Translations under genes and position numbers: made by a program
Source of the DNA: Camelus dromedarius
Lineage: Eukaryota
DNA length: 64,000 nucleotides
Reading direction: 5' to 3'
NCBI RefSeq assembly: GCF_036321535.1
Contig: NC_087436.1
Span: 20,276,001-20,340,000 of the forward strand
Shown here: piece after piece, positions 1 to 13,043 of the stretch
Numbering within the stretch: the stretch's first letter is position 1
Layout: each line of letters begins with the position of its first letter
The notes under the pieces: generated by a model
Database searches by the model: none
What the model was told of the DNA's origin: nothing
What the model saw: only the letters and a program-made list of their open reading frames with translations

Positions 1-1274
1 GTACAACTCTGAAGGTAAATGACATTACTCTAGGGAGCAATGCAGCATTTGGCAGGGGCCTATAGGACAAATGGCATTTTTTTTTTTAGGGCTGAAGGAA
101 GTGCCAGGAGAGGCTACTGTGCCTGGAAATTACCTTGTGTTCTATTACGGGAATTCATCAGGTCCATTTGGGACCTGCTTACAAATTCCTTGACAAAAAT
201 TACAGTGGTACCAACTGCTTTTACTGCTATTTTGCACCCTGAGGAGCAGTAGTTAGAAACACAAGTGCTTAAAGGGGCCAGGCTGAAAACGCATTTGAGC
301 GAAGCAGGCCATGACTGAAAGCACCGGGGGCTACAGAAAACTGGAGAACATGGGCTCGTTCGGACAGCCCGGCAGATCTATATCCCTGAACCAGTTCAGC
401 TTCCCCAGCCTCCCTGTCTGATACCCAGGTGCAGGAATGACGGAGAAAATAACATGATTGTGTTAGGAATCCTAAACCATCCAAATCACACTGCACCCAG
501 ATCATTACTTTGTAAATTCTAAGATAAGCCAAACCAAGATTACACGCATTCCTACATTTTCCTCTTTGTCTCTTCTTTCTACCCTCTTATTTTCACTTAC
601 CTTTTAAATCAGTATATCAAGACCTGGTTGTAAACATCCACCATGTACAGGTAAGCACCAGATGAATCTCTAAAGAATGAAATAGAGTCTCCGAGCTCAG
701 GGAAGTTTAGAATGTACTAGGGAAGGCAAGAAACCAACAAGAGAAAAAGCAATGTGGACTGCATAACCCAAGAGATGTCTCCAGGTGGTTAGCAAATGTG
801 TTACTATGACTCCAGAGGAATTACAGATCAAAGCAAAATGAACTGCTGTGCTCTCAGATTTCTTGAACAAGATGTGACTTGAAACGCCCTGGAAAGGAAG
901 TCAGATTTAGCTTACTTAGAGAAGATAGGAATAGAGAGAATGGTTTGGGTGATAGGTCCAGAGTGAGCAGAGGAATACCAGAAGGTCAAGCTTTTATCCT
1001 TCCTTTCTTTCCTTCTTTTTAGCCAACTCCGTAGTTTCCAAAGATGATCAGAAAATAATGGGAAATAATTAGAAAATGTTGGGGGGGTGGGGTGTGTATT
1101 GTCCTGAGAATGGGGAAAAGCATTTTTTGTCCTTGTATTCTGGAAAGTCCTTGTAAGTCTGTGTTACTCATTGCAGATTCTGAGTTACTAAATGCTTTGT
1201 GACTCTGGCCTGGGACTGTGTCACGAAAAGCACTATCTCCACCTTTTGGAGCAGGAATTAAGTCCTATACAGGT

Positions 1275-1700
1275 TATCAGGTAGTGTGGCCTTTGGCTGA
1301 AAAACAACAGAAATCACAACTCAAAATGGCTTAAACAATAAAGAACATATATTACCTACGTAACAAGAACTGCAGAGGTTGGGAATATTCTCCAGGGCTG
1401 GTTAATGCAATGACCTGGCAACATCATCAAAACCTAGGTTCTCTTTAACTGTCCTCTCTGCCATCCCCTGAGCATGTTTCCTGTGTCCTCAGACTTAGCA
1501 CTCCTGATGGTTGCAAGGTGGCTGCAGCAGCGTCAGGTGGCCCATTAACACACGAAAATGTCCCACAGCAGAAGGTAACACTCTTCCTCTGTGTGTCTTT
1601 TTAAGAGAAAGGAAATCTTTCTCATAAAGTCTCCGATAGACCTCCCTTGATGAATTCTCTCTGAGATTGGGTCATATGGCCCCTTTAAAAACCGGTCACT
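1275..1700 (-). mobile_element. Old ERVL-MaLR LTR (MLT1K/L-like)
   Basis: Antisense MLT1-type motifs (aactcaaaatggcttaaacaa, caaggtggctgcagcagc, gattgggtcatatggccc); heavily diverged. Confidence 0.55.
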
Positions 1701-2391
1701 ATTCGAGACACTATCAACCTCCTAGAAGAAAACATAGGCAAAACATTCTCTGACATAAATCTTAGCAATGTTCTCCTAAGGCAGTCTACCAAGGCAATAG
1801 AAATAAAAGCAAAAATAAACAAATGGACCTAATTCAACTTATAAGCTTTTGCACAGCAAAATAAACTATAAATAAAATGAAAAGACAACCTACAGAATGG
1901 GAGAAAATATTTGCAAACAGTGTGACTGACAAGGGCTTTATTTTCAGAATATACAAACAGTTCATACAACTCAATAACAAAAAAAAACAAACAACCCAAT
2001 GAAATGGGCAGAAGACCTAAACATTTCTTCAATGAAGGTATGGCCAATAGGCACATGAAAAAATGTTCAGTATCACTAATTATAGAGAAATGCAAATCAA
2101 AACCACAGCGAGGCATCACCTCACACTAGTCAGAATGGCCATCATTAAAAAGTACACAAATAAATGCTGGAGAGGGTGTGGAGAAAAGGGAACCCTCCTA
2201 CACTTTTGGTGGGAATGTAGTTTGGTGTAGCCATCATGGAAAATAGTGAGGAGATACTATTTCAGTTAAAAGACTGAAAATACAGTTACCATATAATCCA
2301 GCAATCCCACTCCTGGGCATATATCCGGAGGAAACTCTAATTCAAAAAGATAAATGCACACCAGTGCTCACAGAAGCACTATTTACAATAG
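1701..2391 (+). mobile_element. L1 ORF2 C-terminal fragment
   Basis: Typical L1 sequence ctcctagaagaaaacataggcaaaac ... gaatgggagaaaatatttgcaaac ... ccagcaatcccactcctgggcatatatcc; the minus ORF 1829-2119 is its antisense reading. Confidence 0.9.
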
Positions 2392-2394
2392 TTC

Positions 2395-2755
2395 TGCTAG
2401 GTAGCTATGGTTTTAAAATCTGTGCACAAATTCTTTGATACTCCTCTACTTTCAGGAAGTTGAATCTAACTCCCCTCCACTTGAGTGCCATGCCACCAAG
2501 CAGCCAATGGAAAGGCCTGCCTGGTGAGGAACAGAGGCCTCCCACCAACAGCCATTTGAGTGTGCCATTTTGGGTGTGGATCCTCCAGCCCTGGTCAAGC
2601 CTTCAGATGCCTGTAGCCCCCACCAGCAGCTTGAAAGCAAATAGATGAAAGATCCTGAGCCAGGACAACACAGGCCCAACTCTTGAATTCCTACCCACAA
2701 AAATGGGAGAGGATGAATTTGTTGTTTTAAAACCACTAAATTTTGAGGTAATAGG
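2395..2755 (+). mobile_element. ERVL-MaLR LTR (MLT1G/H-like)
   Basis: tggatcctccagccctggtcaagccttcagatg and ttgttgttttaaaaccactaaattttgagg match MLT1 motifs. Confidence 0.7.
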
Positions 2756-3084
2756 TAATTAATAGGTTAGGTAACTGACCATAGCTGGTATTCTTCAGGG
2801 AACTTGGGTATTCATTTTGTATATGGAAATCATACCATGTCTTAAAATTGGTTGACTCGGGAGAAGGGACTGTTTCAAGTTAGTTGGGTGAGGTGGAAAG
2901 AATCTGGATCTAGAAATCAATAAAATTCTGGCCTTGGCTCTGTCACTAAGAAACTCTCATAATTAATTTCTCTTCTCTGATCTTACCTTACATAAAGGAA
3001 CTGAGCTAAATGCTCTCTGATGCCTTGTCCAGCTCTCACATTCCATGGATATGTGAAGTGCTTGAATTTTACTGTTTTAGGTTG

Positions 3085-3300
3085 CACAGCACAGCATAAA
3101 GAACATCAGTTCTAGAAGTAGATGCCTTGGATTGAAATCCCAGTTCACTTACTTATTACATAATTGTCTTTGGACAAATGATGTTACCATTTTTAAGCCT
3201 CAGTTTCCTTACAGGTTTGTTGAGAGGATTAAATAATATAATGCAGGTAAAGCTTTTTGCGTGGGGTGGCATTCAGTAAGTGCTCAAAAAAATGCAGGCA
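3085..3300 (+). mobile_element. MIR SINE
   Basis: MIR core aagcctcagtttcctt, gaggattaaataat, agtaagtgctcaaaaaa. Confidence 0.65.
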
Positions 3301-3620
3301 ACTGCTGTTATCTATGTTCTAGCAGCACATTTTTAGAAATAAAGAAATTTTGAAATGGCAGTTGTTATTTTTTATGTACTTTATAAAGAGTTTATAGTTC
3401 ATCAGGCTTCTATGTAATCAATACGTTGAGTGCATCTTATGGGAACATGGATGAAGCACACGTTTTTTATTTTGAAAATATAAAAATTTATACATGGAGC
3501 TTTGCCTTATAATTTATTGCTAGATTAGGAATCAGCCCTGAATTACAACCTCATCCCTACAGGAAAGAACAGTCTGCTGTATAATGATCTACTTTTACAT
3601 GTGTTTCTAGGAGTGCTTTT

Positions 3621-3729
3621 TTTTTTTAATTCTTATTTTTTATTGAAATGTAGTCCATTTACAATGTTAGTTTCAGGTGTACAACAAAGCGATTTAATTA
3701 TACATATGTATGTTTTTTTCAGATTCTTC
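3621..3729 (-). mobile_element. 5'-truncated L1 3'-end fragment
   Basis: T-tail then ttattgaaatgtagtccatttacaatgttagtttcaggtgtac; flanks aggagtgcttt / aggaatgcttt resemble a TSD. Confidence 0.7.
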
Positions 3730-3863
3730 CAGGAATGCTTTGCAGTAGAACATTAGGTGATCTGTACTTCCTTGATTCTCCCATATAGTAGGAAGTAAGT
3801 ACTCCATTTTATTTGCTTAAGCTGGCTTTTTTATTAGTATAAAGATCATAAGAATTTAAGTCA

Positions 3864-3957
3864 GTTTTTTTTTTCTTTTAATGGAGGCACTGGGGATTGA
3901 ACCCAGGACCTTGTGCATGCTAAACACGCGCTCTACCACTGAGCTATACCCTCCCCC
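3864..3957 (-). mobile_element. tRNA-Ala-derived SINE (vic-1-like, camelid)
   Basis: Reverse complement reads ggggagggtatagctcagtggtagagcgcgtg...gggttcaatccccagtgcctcca plus A-rich tail; A and B boxes present. Confidence 0.9.
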
Positions 3958-4608
3958 ACTGAGGCAATTTCTGCTTGTGTCTTAGGGTCTGTTCATTAAT
4001 CATGACGTCCATTATCCACCCGACATGCCGGGCCTGGTTCTGCCAGGGTGGAAGTCTCTCTTTTCAGGTCTCCCTGACTCGAGCTGCTGGGTAGAAAGAA
4101 GTCAGTGGTCCTCTGACAGGCCGCTGCCTTCCTCATTCACATCCAGAATGCTAAACTCTCTTTGGCCCAGGTTAGTTTTCTGGGATAAGTTTCCAAAATC
4201 AATATCTGATGTCTCTGTTTGCTCTGGCATCTGCTGGTTGACTTGGGTAGGCCTCAAATGTGGAACAGGGTTAGATTATTCAGAGCTTTCCATCTTTCTG
4301 CTGCACAGCCAGGGTCACCTGAGGCCCCACACCAACTCTCCAGCTGGAAGCACAGAGTATTCTGGGCAGAATTCTTTGCTGGTGGCCACGGGCTGGGCCT
4401 GGCAATTAAGAGTCAAGAAGGAGTCCAGCTCCCAGTGCTCTTAGCTTTTGAATTCTTAAGTAACGCTTTGTTTTATGGGCTCAGATTTAGAAATCTGAAA
4501 TAAGTTTTGTTGTTTCTTTTTTCCGTGTTTGCTGTCATCAATTCCTTGAGAGCCACAAAGCAGTCAACCAGAAGTTTTCCTCTTAGTCTTAAGGGGACTG
4601 TGCTCGCT

Positions 4609-4700
4609 TATTCATTCATTCATTCATTCATTCATTTTAGAGGGGGTGCTGGGGATTGAACCCAGGACCTTGTGTGTGCTGGGACTGTACTCCAGATTGA
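4609..4700 (-). mobile_element. Degenerate tRNA-derived SINE with (TTCA)n tail
   Basis: ctggggattgaacccaggaccttgtg preceded by (ttca)n. Confidence 0.6.
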
Positions 4701-5141
4701 CCTCCTCGTGATCTGGAAGCACGATTACTTGAGCAAATTTAAATCTTGAATGAGCTTATGCTGCTTCTTTTCTCTTGTCATTGTTTACGATTTTGTGTAA
4801 GTTGATTAGGGTCCTCTCTTTTCACCTTAGGTTTCCAGACTAGAATCCTGATTTTTATGCATCAACATCTAGATGGTTGGTTCTGCACTCCCTTCACTAC
4901 TTTAGGTGCCCACCTGCCTCAGGATCTGCACCTGCCTGTTCATCTTACATCTTTTCCACACCACTTCTCTTTTATCCAGCCAACCGTGCTCTCCATGGGG
5001 GAAAATGCACCATGCTTTACGTATGTTGAAAATTTCCAAATCCTGATTATCTTGTCTCCCAATCTCAGTGTTCCACAGTTTTGGGGAATTTCAGAAACAG
5101 ACCTTGTGTGAGGAATGAATCTCTTTTCTAAAAATTTCAGG

Positions 5142-5470
5142 GCTGATCTCACTTTCCAAGATAACTCCATGCTCTGAGGCCGCCTCTCCCCTCTTGAGAG
5201 CACGCGTTCTGCCTATGGGCTGTGAATCTCCTAAGCCTCTTGCTGTGTCTCAGCTCCCTCTCACCTTCAGAGACAGCCTGCGCTCTGGCTATGGAGAATG
5301 TAACTACTTTTACTTTAAAGTAAACACCACCCCCCATGCCTCATGGCCTCTCTGGTCTCCTGGGACAGCCTGTACTCTGTCTATGGAGTGTGCATTTCTC
5401 TGAATAAATTTACCTATACTCAAACATACATACATACATATATACGTACATACATACATACATAAATAAA
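5142..5470 (+). mobile_element. ERV LTR-derived fragment ending at a polyA signal with an A-rich tail (retroposed LTR transcript)
   Basis: ERV1-like LTR 3' motif ctgtactctgtctatggagtgtgcatttctctgaataaa, then (CATA)n(TAAA)n; TSD taaaaatttcagg (5129-5141) / taaacatttcagg (5471-5483). Confidence 0.55.
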
Positions 5471-5544
5471 TAAACATTTCAGGAAATTAAAAATCCTAGC
5501 CCTTGAGATATTTGTTGTAATTGTATTCCAATTTAATATTTGAC

Positions 5545-6690
5545 ACAACCAACAGAATAAAAAGGCAAGCTATGGAATGGAAGAAAATATTTGCGAATCA
5601 TATGCCTGATAAGAAATTAGTATCTAGAATATATTTTTTAAAACTTCTAAAGCTCAACAACAATAACAGCAAAAGTAACCCAATTTACAATGGGCCAAGG
5701 ACTTGAATACATAGGAGAAGAATATATTAAAAGTACATAAAAAGATTGTCAACTTCATTAATCATTTGGGAAATGCAAATCGACACCACAGTGACATGTC
5801 ACTTGATACCCATCAGTATGGCTACTGTTTATCATAAAAACAGAAAATATCAGACCTACTGTATAGTACAAGGAACTACATCTAATTTATTGTAATAAGC
5901 TATAGTGGAAAAGAATCTGAAAATATATGTATGTATACATATATATGTACTTATATATAGAACTGAATAGCTTTGCTGTATGCCTGAAACTAATGTTGTC
6001 AATCAATTACACTTCAATTAAAAAATAAAACAAAAAACCCAGAAAATATCAACTGTTGTTAAGGATGTAGAGAAACTGGTGCACTACTGGTGGGAATGTA
6101 AAATGAGGCAAGTGTTATGGAAAACAGTATAATGGTGCCTCAAGAAATTAAAAATAGAATTACTATATGATCAGCAATTCTACTTCTGAATCTCAAAGGG
6201 ATATTTGCAAACTCATGTTCATAACAGCACTATTCACAATGGTTAAGAGATGAAGCAACCCAAAACTTTATTGGCAGATGAATGGCTAAACAAAATGTGG
6301 CATATATACACAATGGAATATTATTCAGCCTTAAAAAGGAAGGAAACTCTGACACATGCAAGAACGTGGATGAACCTTAAGGACATTATGCTACATGAAA
6401 TAAGCCAGTAATAAAAAACAAACAAATGCTATATGATTCTACTCTACCAGGTACCTAGAGTAGTCAGCTCACAGAAACAGAAAGTAGAATAGTGGTTGCC
6501 AGGTGCTGGAGGGAGGGGAAAGAGGAAATTGTTGTTTAATGGGTATAGAGTTTCAGTTTCATAAGATGCAAAAGTTCTTGACACTGGTTGCCCAGCAATG
6601 TGAATATCCTCAATACCACCGAACTGTGCACTTACAAATGATTAAGATGGCAAATACTCTCTTCTGCAATTTTACCACAATAAAAAAAAA
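5545..6690 (+). mobile_element. Old L1 (L1MB-like) ORF2 end and 3'UTR with a nested younger L1 3' fragment (5853-6039)
   Basis: L1 motifs (tatggaatggaagaaaatatttgc, caatggaatattattcagccttaaaaagg, gggtatagagtttcagttt); nested insert flanked by TSD cagaaaatatca (5841-5852 / 6040-6051). Confidence 0.85.
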
Positions 6691-7997
6691 AGTGTTTGTA
6701 TTTCACATATCTGCAGTACATAATACTCATTATTTTTTTTCTTAGGAATGTCAAGTCTTAGTAAAGGTCACATCTTTAATTACCCAGCTTTACACCCAAG
6801 GGGACTTGGCCCTCCACTCCTGCCAACCGGTGTCTCAGTCAGGACAGGTAGAAGATAAGCTATCAACACCCAAGAGTAGCTAAGTTAATTATTGATGGTG
6901 ACCTTCTGGCATTAAATACATATTTGCTAAATACTGAATGCTCCTTACTTAGCCTAGACTATGCTCAGTGGGGAATTATAAGAGAACTTTCCACTTTTCC
7001 TTTGAGCAACAGAAATAGATTTGGCCAAACAAGACTAAAGTTCTAGAAGGGTAGAGGACTGAGCGTGGCTATGCCTCTGTGTTGTGTGGTGTTCACAATG
7101 GGCTCTCCTACGTGTGCAAGATGGCAGGAGCAAAGAGCTTCTCTCGCCAGCCTATCCAAGGCTGTTAGGGGCCACCACCTGGGAAGGGGAGGAGGGCTGT
7201 TTCCTGCCTGCAGAGCCCTTCAAAACGGGGATGTGGGTTCAGCAGGTGCCCGGAGCCGGAAAGGCATTCTTACAGAGGGAAACTGCAGGAGAAGCCGTGT
7301 CAAAGTGTGGAACAGAAGGCGGTGTTCAGTGAACGTAGGAGGACTGGACATGAAGAGCAAGGTGTGAGGGATGGAAACGACCACGCCATAGTCTTCTTTA
7401 TCTCCAGTTCTTGACAATAAATTTTGCTGAACTGAACTTGAAAAACAGTTAGTTTTTCAAACTTCGGAGAGTTTTCATATAAATGCACACACACATACAC
7501 ACAAAAAGAAAGGTTATTATCTTCCAGAAAACCCGAACACTGTAGTCTGCCAAGTCTACTCACCTGGGAAGATGTCTGTTGGTAATTATTTTTCTTAATC
7601 ATATCCATGGTCACCTTATTCATTTCTTCCAAGACACCAATATCCACTTTTCCAATAGAAATTTCAGGTCACTGGAAAGGCCAAACTGTAAGTAATTCAG
7701 TTAAACAAAAGACACCTCAACAATGACAAAAAGCTCCTCCCATGTTAAGCTCCAGCGGAAACGTCAGCAGCAAATGTTAGAGGTTAAGATAAGAAGGGAG
7801 TTTTCTTTCCAGGGGAGCTGAGAAAAATAATTGTCTTTATAGCCTGATCATTGGGACCCAGAATACATGCCAGGAAAGGGCCAAGAGGGCTGAAGGCGAA
7901 AGCCAGCCAGAAAGGTGGAAAGGAGACCATCTCCTCCCCAAAAGGGGGCCTGGAACTCTGCATGAATTTTACAGACCTTGAGGCATTCTCTCCACAT

Positions 7998-8010
7998 TGT
8001 GCGCGCGCGC

Positions 8011-8067
<57 letters not shown>
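7998..8067. repeat. (GC)n(GT)n microsatellite
   Basis: Seen directly. Confidence 0.95.
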
Positions 8068-8337
8068 GTGGTGCCAGAGCCAGTAGAGTGGATACTCTCA
8101 TGACTCACAGAATCTTTGCCACCTACCATTTCTCAAATCGCCAATAAGTGTTTGGAGGCAACTGGAACACCCAGTCCCACACTTCAGGAGGAAGCATTGA
8201 TCCTTGTATCAAAAGCCAGATGTGAATGGCCCTTGGGAAATGGTGGACCTTCTCTACTTGGCTCTATGGTGACCAGTGAGTCCATTATGCATCAGGAAGT
8301 ATCCATGCACTTATCTTAGGCAGAAAGACAAAAAGTT

Positions 8338-8428
8338 GGGGGGTGAGTATAGCTCAGTGGTAGAGCACGTGCTTAGCATGCATGATGAAGTTCCTGGGTT
8401 CAATCCCCAGTACCTCCATTAAAAAAAA
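8338..8428 (+). mobile_element. tRNA-Ala-derived SINE (vic-1-like)
   Basis: tRNA-like head with A/B boxes, polyA, perfect 14-bp TSD aaagacaaaaagtt (8324-8337 / 8429-8442). Confidence 0.93.
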
Positions 8429-9899
8429 AAAGACAAAAAGTTGACATCTAAATCTTCCCCCTCCTTCCCCTGACTTAATCCTCAAAGTCAATGGTGGGGA
8501 CTGTATGCTCTGAAGTCCATGGAAAGAGAATTTCCTTGACAGTGAGGTGCAACGTCCTCTATGGTCACAGGCCCAAAGCCCGAGGTCCCCCCACCCACAG
8601 CACCCAGACAAAACTCAAGGGTGAAGGTAAACTTCACACAGGAAATAGTCTTATTTGGCCCCAGACCCACATATCTAAACAAGTTCTCAAAATTTCAACC
8701 AACCAAAGAAAAGGGTAGAGAGAGGGAGAAAGAAAGACAACTTGAGCGGAACCTGCAGAGGAGAAGGTAGGTTTGGCCGAGCAAGTCCAGCTACGCCCCG
8801 GGCAACCAGGGAACACTCAGGACAGTCCCACAGTGAGGCCTCAGTTTGCCCAAATGGGTTGAACGTGCAGATGTTAGCAAGTGAGTCCCTCTAGGAGAAG
8901 GAAGGCCTCCATACCACCGCTGTTATCAATATTTTAATATTTAACAACATTGGTGAATACTCTAGATCCTGTGATAAATGCTAGAAATGCAAACAGAAAT
9001 AATGTGCAGCTCTTGTCAAGCTTGGCTGAGCTCATCCACCATGAGTTCATGTGGTTCCCAGCCAGATTGCACTGAATGCCACTAGCTACTCCTTGGTTTA
9101 GTCCTCTTAGATCTATACGGTTACAAATTAGGATAATAGTATAATAATCAGTAAAATGCCAGTGTCAGATACGTCTAAAATACTCCCCAAATATGACTTG
9201 AGTGGAAGATGGAAGACAGAATAAGTGGGGTCTTACATACCAAAGGACTGATTATTTTATAAATAACACGGGGCAAGAAAACCTTTTTTACATTTTTGCT
9301 TGGTATAAACATGAATATCTTGGTAAATATTTTAAGTTAATATGTGAACGTCCTGCCAAGTCATCCACCTCAAATCTAGAAGGGGGCTGAGAAACGTGTG
9401 CTCTGGGAATAATATCCTAGATGCAGCAACTGTCAATTATTTATGGAAACTACTTTAGCTTTGGAGCACTGATTTCCTGGCAAGAGCCAGACTCAAGTCT
9501 TGTAACCAAAACACAGTCAAATTTATTTCAAAGATAGTAGTGAATATTTACTAGGAAGATCTGATTCCAACATGTCTTGGTTTCCCAAACTCCCTTGATC
9601 AAGTCTTCCCAGTTCTCTCTCCCCACGTTCTCCCACTGAAGGTTGACTCTGCTTTCCCTAGAGTAAGGGAGATGGTGAAGTCCTTGGGTATCAGAGTTAC
9701 CCTGCTTATAAAATAAATAGAAAGAAATTATATTTTGACAAGCAGAATGGCTGCTGCCAGCAGTGAGAACCAATATAGAGTCAAAATAAAAATTTTTATT
9801 GATAGATTAACTGAAAAAAATGAAAAAAGTTTTCCAAGATTTATTCTGGTTTAGCAGAAGGTGCTATGCAATTAGATATTAAGAAAGTGCCTTGCCTTT

Positions 9900-10100
9900 T
9901 AGTAGCTGCCTGATTTTGAGCAAGTGACTTAAGTTCTCTGATCTTCAGTGTCTTCCCATCTATAAAATGGGATGACTGGTCCCCACTTTCCACACTGTTG
10001 TGAGGACTAGACACATCTAAGTCACCTTGTTTAGTGACAATCACTTGCAGCTCCGAGAGTGGTGCCCAGCACATAGTAAACGTGTAATAAATAAATAGTT
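9900..10100 (+). mobile_element. MIR SINE
   Basis: gagcaagtgacttaagttctctg ... catctataaaatggg ... cccagcacatagtaa. Confidence 0.65.
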
Positions 10101-11869
10101 ATGAGTCAATGGTAGCTATTACAACAACAATAACATTTTGCAAAAAGAAAGATGATAACATGTAAAATAAAATAATTATTACATTTTTATGCAATTCAGA
10201 AATAACCCAGATCTCTGATTTTGTGGGGGCAGGAGACACAAAAGACAAACAGCTTTATTTGAACAGTGAGAGGATTAAGCCCATCCTCTGCAAGAGGAAT
10301 ATGTGATCCAAAATGGTGGTGTGTAACAGTCATGGTTTAAAAAAACTGGAATTTTAAAAGAATTCCAGGAAACCCGAGGCTTCAAGGTAATGAATCACAG
10401 AAGAAAGGAATCAACAATTTTCTGACCAGAGGTTGATTCTCCAATGTTAAAACAGGGTCATAGACTTTCCAGTACCTTAATGTAAACAGACCTTTTCTAA
10501 TGACAAAGCCAAGTATGACTCAGGGAAACCCCGATGGCTTGGCCAGTGGGAAAGTATCTCTTTCTGCTGTCGACATAGATCTCTTGTGTGGACTTGAACT
10601 TCCAGCTGCTTTGCTCTGCTCTAGGTCTGCTTCCTGAGAGAAACTATTCTTTGGCCTTTTCTTTATTCCAATCTTAATTTCATTTGGGTATTTACTGCCG
10701 AAGATTTATGTAACTGGAAGTAGTCTATATTCATAAATATATATGTGTATGTGTGTATGTGTACGCATGTGTGTTACCTCAGCGTGTTTCAGTCTCTTGC
10801 TTTTTCCATTTGATAGCCTGGAACCATGACCTTTCTCCGTGTGTTACTTCTGCGCCTTTTGTGGAGTTGGGGCGACCCTCAGCCCAGGACAGAGTACCCT
10901 GAGCTTGTCCCCGTCTAGTCTCTGGGTGCAATGCCTGAGCTTCCTCATGACTGCAAGTCCAGAGACCCGTCTTTTCTCTTCCAACACATCTCTTCATTAG
11001 GCCTGCAGAGGGCCCGCAGTGCACAGGAGTGACTTGAGGAAGAGGGTTAAGTTGAAGAGACACCAAGGTCCATAGTGCAGGGGCCTTGACCACTGAGTGG
11101 AAGCTCATCTTAGGGGGTCATGGCCCAACAGCCAAGCTGGGGGGAGTACTTGATTCCTGCAGCAGCCAAGGAGCCTGGGAGCTTCGGTCCTGTGGATCAG
11201 TGTTATCCAAACTAGCCGGGACCTGCCTGCTTAAAGCCCTTTCACGGTTCTGTTGTCTCACAGAGTTGAGGCTTTGCAGACTCGGCTCCAGAAAAGCAGT
11301 GCACTGAAGGCTGAGAGCTGTGGGGTGAGAAGTGCCTCAAAGCACTTGTGTTGAGTCCTCTGGGACAACACCAAGAAGGTGAAGAGATGCCACACTTTAG
11401 AAGCCGTCTTCAGGACAGGGCTAGAGCCCCTTGGAGGAAGCGCTGTTCTGTACTCCTGCGGCTACGAATGGTTCAAAGTCAAGGCCTTCCACAGAAATTC
11501 TTCATGGGAAAAGGCCACCCCCAGAATCTCATCATAGGAGTCTCAGGCCTTGAGATTCCTGATTCCAAAGCTCTCTTAGTGGTCAAACACCTTCTATTCC
11601 TCCTCAGACTCATTTCTGAGACAGCAACATGGCCCCAGGAGTACTTGGCCAAGGAAGTTCCCGCCGCCTTCTGCAGTAATGACCTCACAATTTTTTAAAG
11701 ATACTTCAAACATCAAAGTTCTGGTTACGTTCCTCTCCCGGAATAACAGCCAGCTCACCCTGCACTTAAGTGACTCAAGCCACTTACGAGACTCTTCCCA
11801 GAACAAGGGAAATCTTTTCAGAGTGATGCTGCCCACCAGGACAATGGAGCCTACTCACACGGTACTTAC

Positions 11870-11973
11870 GTAAATGAGGAGACCACTTCTGGGCTTCTTC
11901 CCCAAACAGTAATGACCTGCTTCAGTGCATTTTCCGCCCTACACTCATCATACACTGAAACAGCTGCCAACTT
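11870..11973 (-). other. Candidate exon (104 nt) with strong splice signals
   Basis: Long polypyrimidine tract ttttttttcctcccatttccaaagacag and C/gtaagt donor; one open frame KLAAVSVYDECRAENALKQVITVWGRSPEVVSSF. Confidence 0.2.
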
Positions 11974-12449
11974 CTGTCTTTGGAAATGGGAGGAAAAAAA
12001 AATTAAAATGCTCAAATGTAATTACGAATGGGGCATCAGTCTGATGTGGTACCCATAACAGACGCCCCGATGCTTCCTTGGTTTACTTCTCATTTACATC
12101 CTGTGTGTTAGCTTCTCAAATCTGCATATTAAGCGCAAAATTAAATGCGCCTATGCCTTTGCCTTCAATCAGTAAAAATGACAGCATGTTTAAATATATG
12201 AACACACACACGTGTGTGCGTGTGTATGCACACACGACACGGATATATATCCCACTGCCAGAGTCTGAAATATAGTTTACCTTTGTTTTGCAAGCTGCCT
12301 GAAAAGTGTGATCTTAACCTTATTTGCTAGAATAATTTTCAGGAATAGGGAGAAGATTTATAAGCTGAAGAGCTAACGTCATAATATCCTTATCTAAGTC
12401 CCACAGTGTTAAGGAAATTTCAACCACATTTTAATAGAAAGTAGGGAGC

Positions 12450-13043
12450 TATGGTGGAATCCCACCATAATACAGCAAGTGGGGTCCAAAAAGACTTACA
12501 GTTGAGGGGGTAACATGTGGAGTTACATTACTGCAAGGTTAATAAAATTACCTAGCCCACCAGCCAGGAGTAATCCTAGGGAATTCTTAGTGTGACCCCA
12601 GTCCATCCAGATTCCTGCAGCATTTGGAGCCACTTGGTGGGAGTTCCTCCTGCCCCCAACCCCTCACTAGCCAAATACCAATGGGGATGACTCTGGGTCT
12701 GTGTTGGCTGGGACTTCAGGACAGTGAGAGCGACTCCAGGAGTCTGCTGCTATGTTGAAAGCTATTCTGTCCACCCAACCTTCTTCCATTTGAAAGACTG
12801 AGCTGTGGATTACTGTAGACCTACGCTCTAGTTTCTTGCTTCCCAGTTGGGATTGCCTGCTGTTTCCCCATCAAACTTCATGGCCCCCCAACCCCGATAG
12901 TCTCAGCCTACTTCCCGGAACAGAAGAACACTAACCCACTTGGATTTGGAAATTGGCACTGGACAGAGGACAGGAGCTAGCTGGATTAGATGTGAATCTG
13001 CATTATCCTGGGGTGTGTTACCATGGGGTTTGACTCTACCATA
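12450..13043. mobile_element. Probable old ERVL-class solo LTR (MER74/MER88-like)
   Basis: About 590 bp bounded by inverted ends tatggtggaat ... actctaccata; family assignment from memory only. Confidence 0.35.

Noticed and set aside
3884..3957. Possible tRNA-Ala(AGC) genes, here and at the other SINE heads
   Set aside because: Altered 5' ends (ggggaggg), A-rich tails, TSDs and multiple diverged copies identify them as SINEs, not tRNA genes.
4025..4444. 139-aa plus-strand ORF
   Set aside because: No recognisable domain, promoter or splice context.
7784..8147. ORFs with HT/CV repeats
   Set aside because: They are translations of the (GT)n tract.
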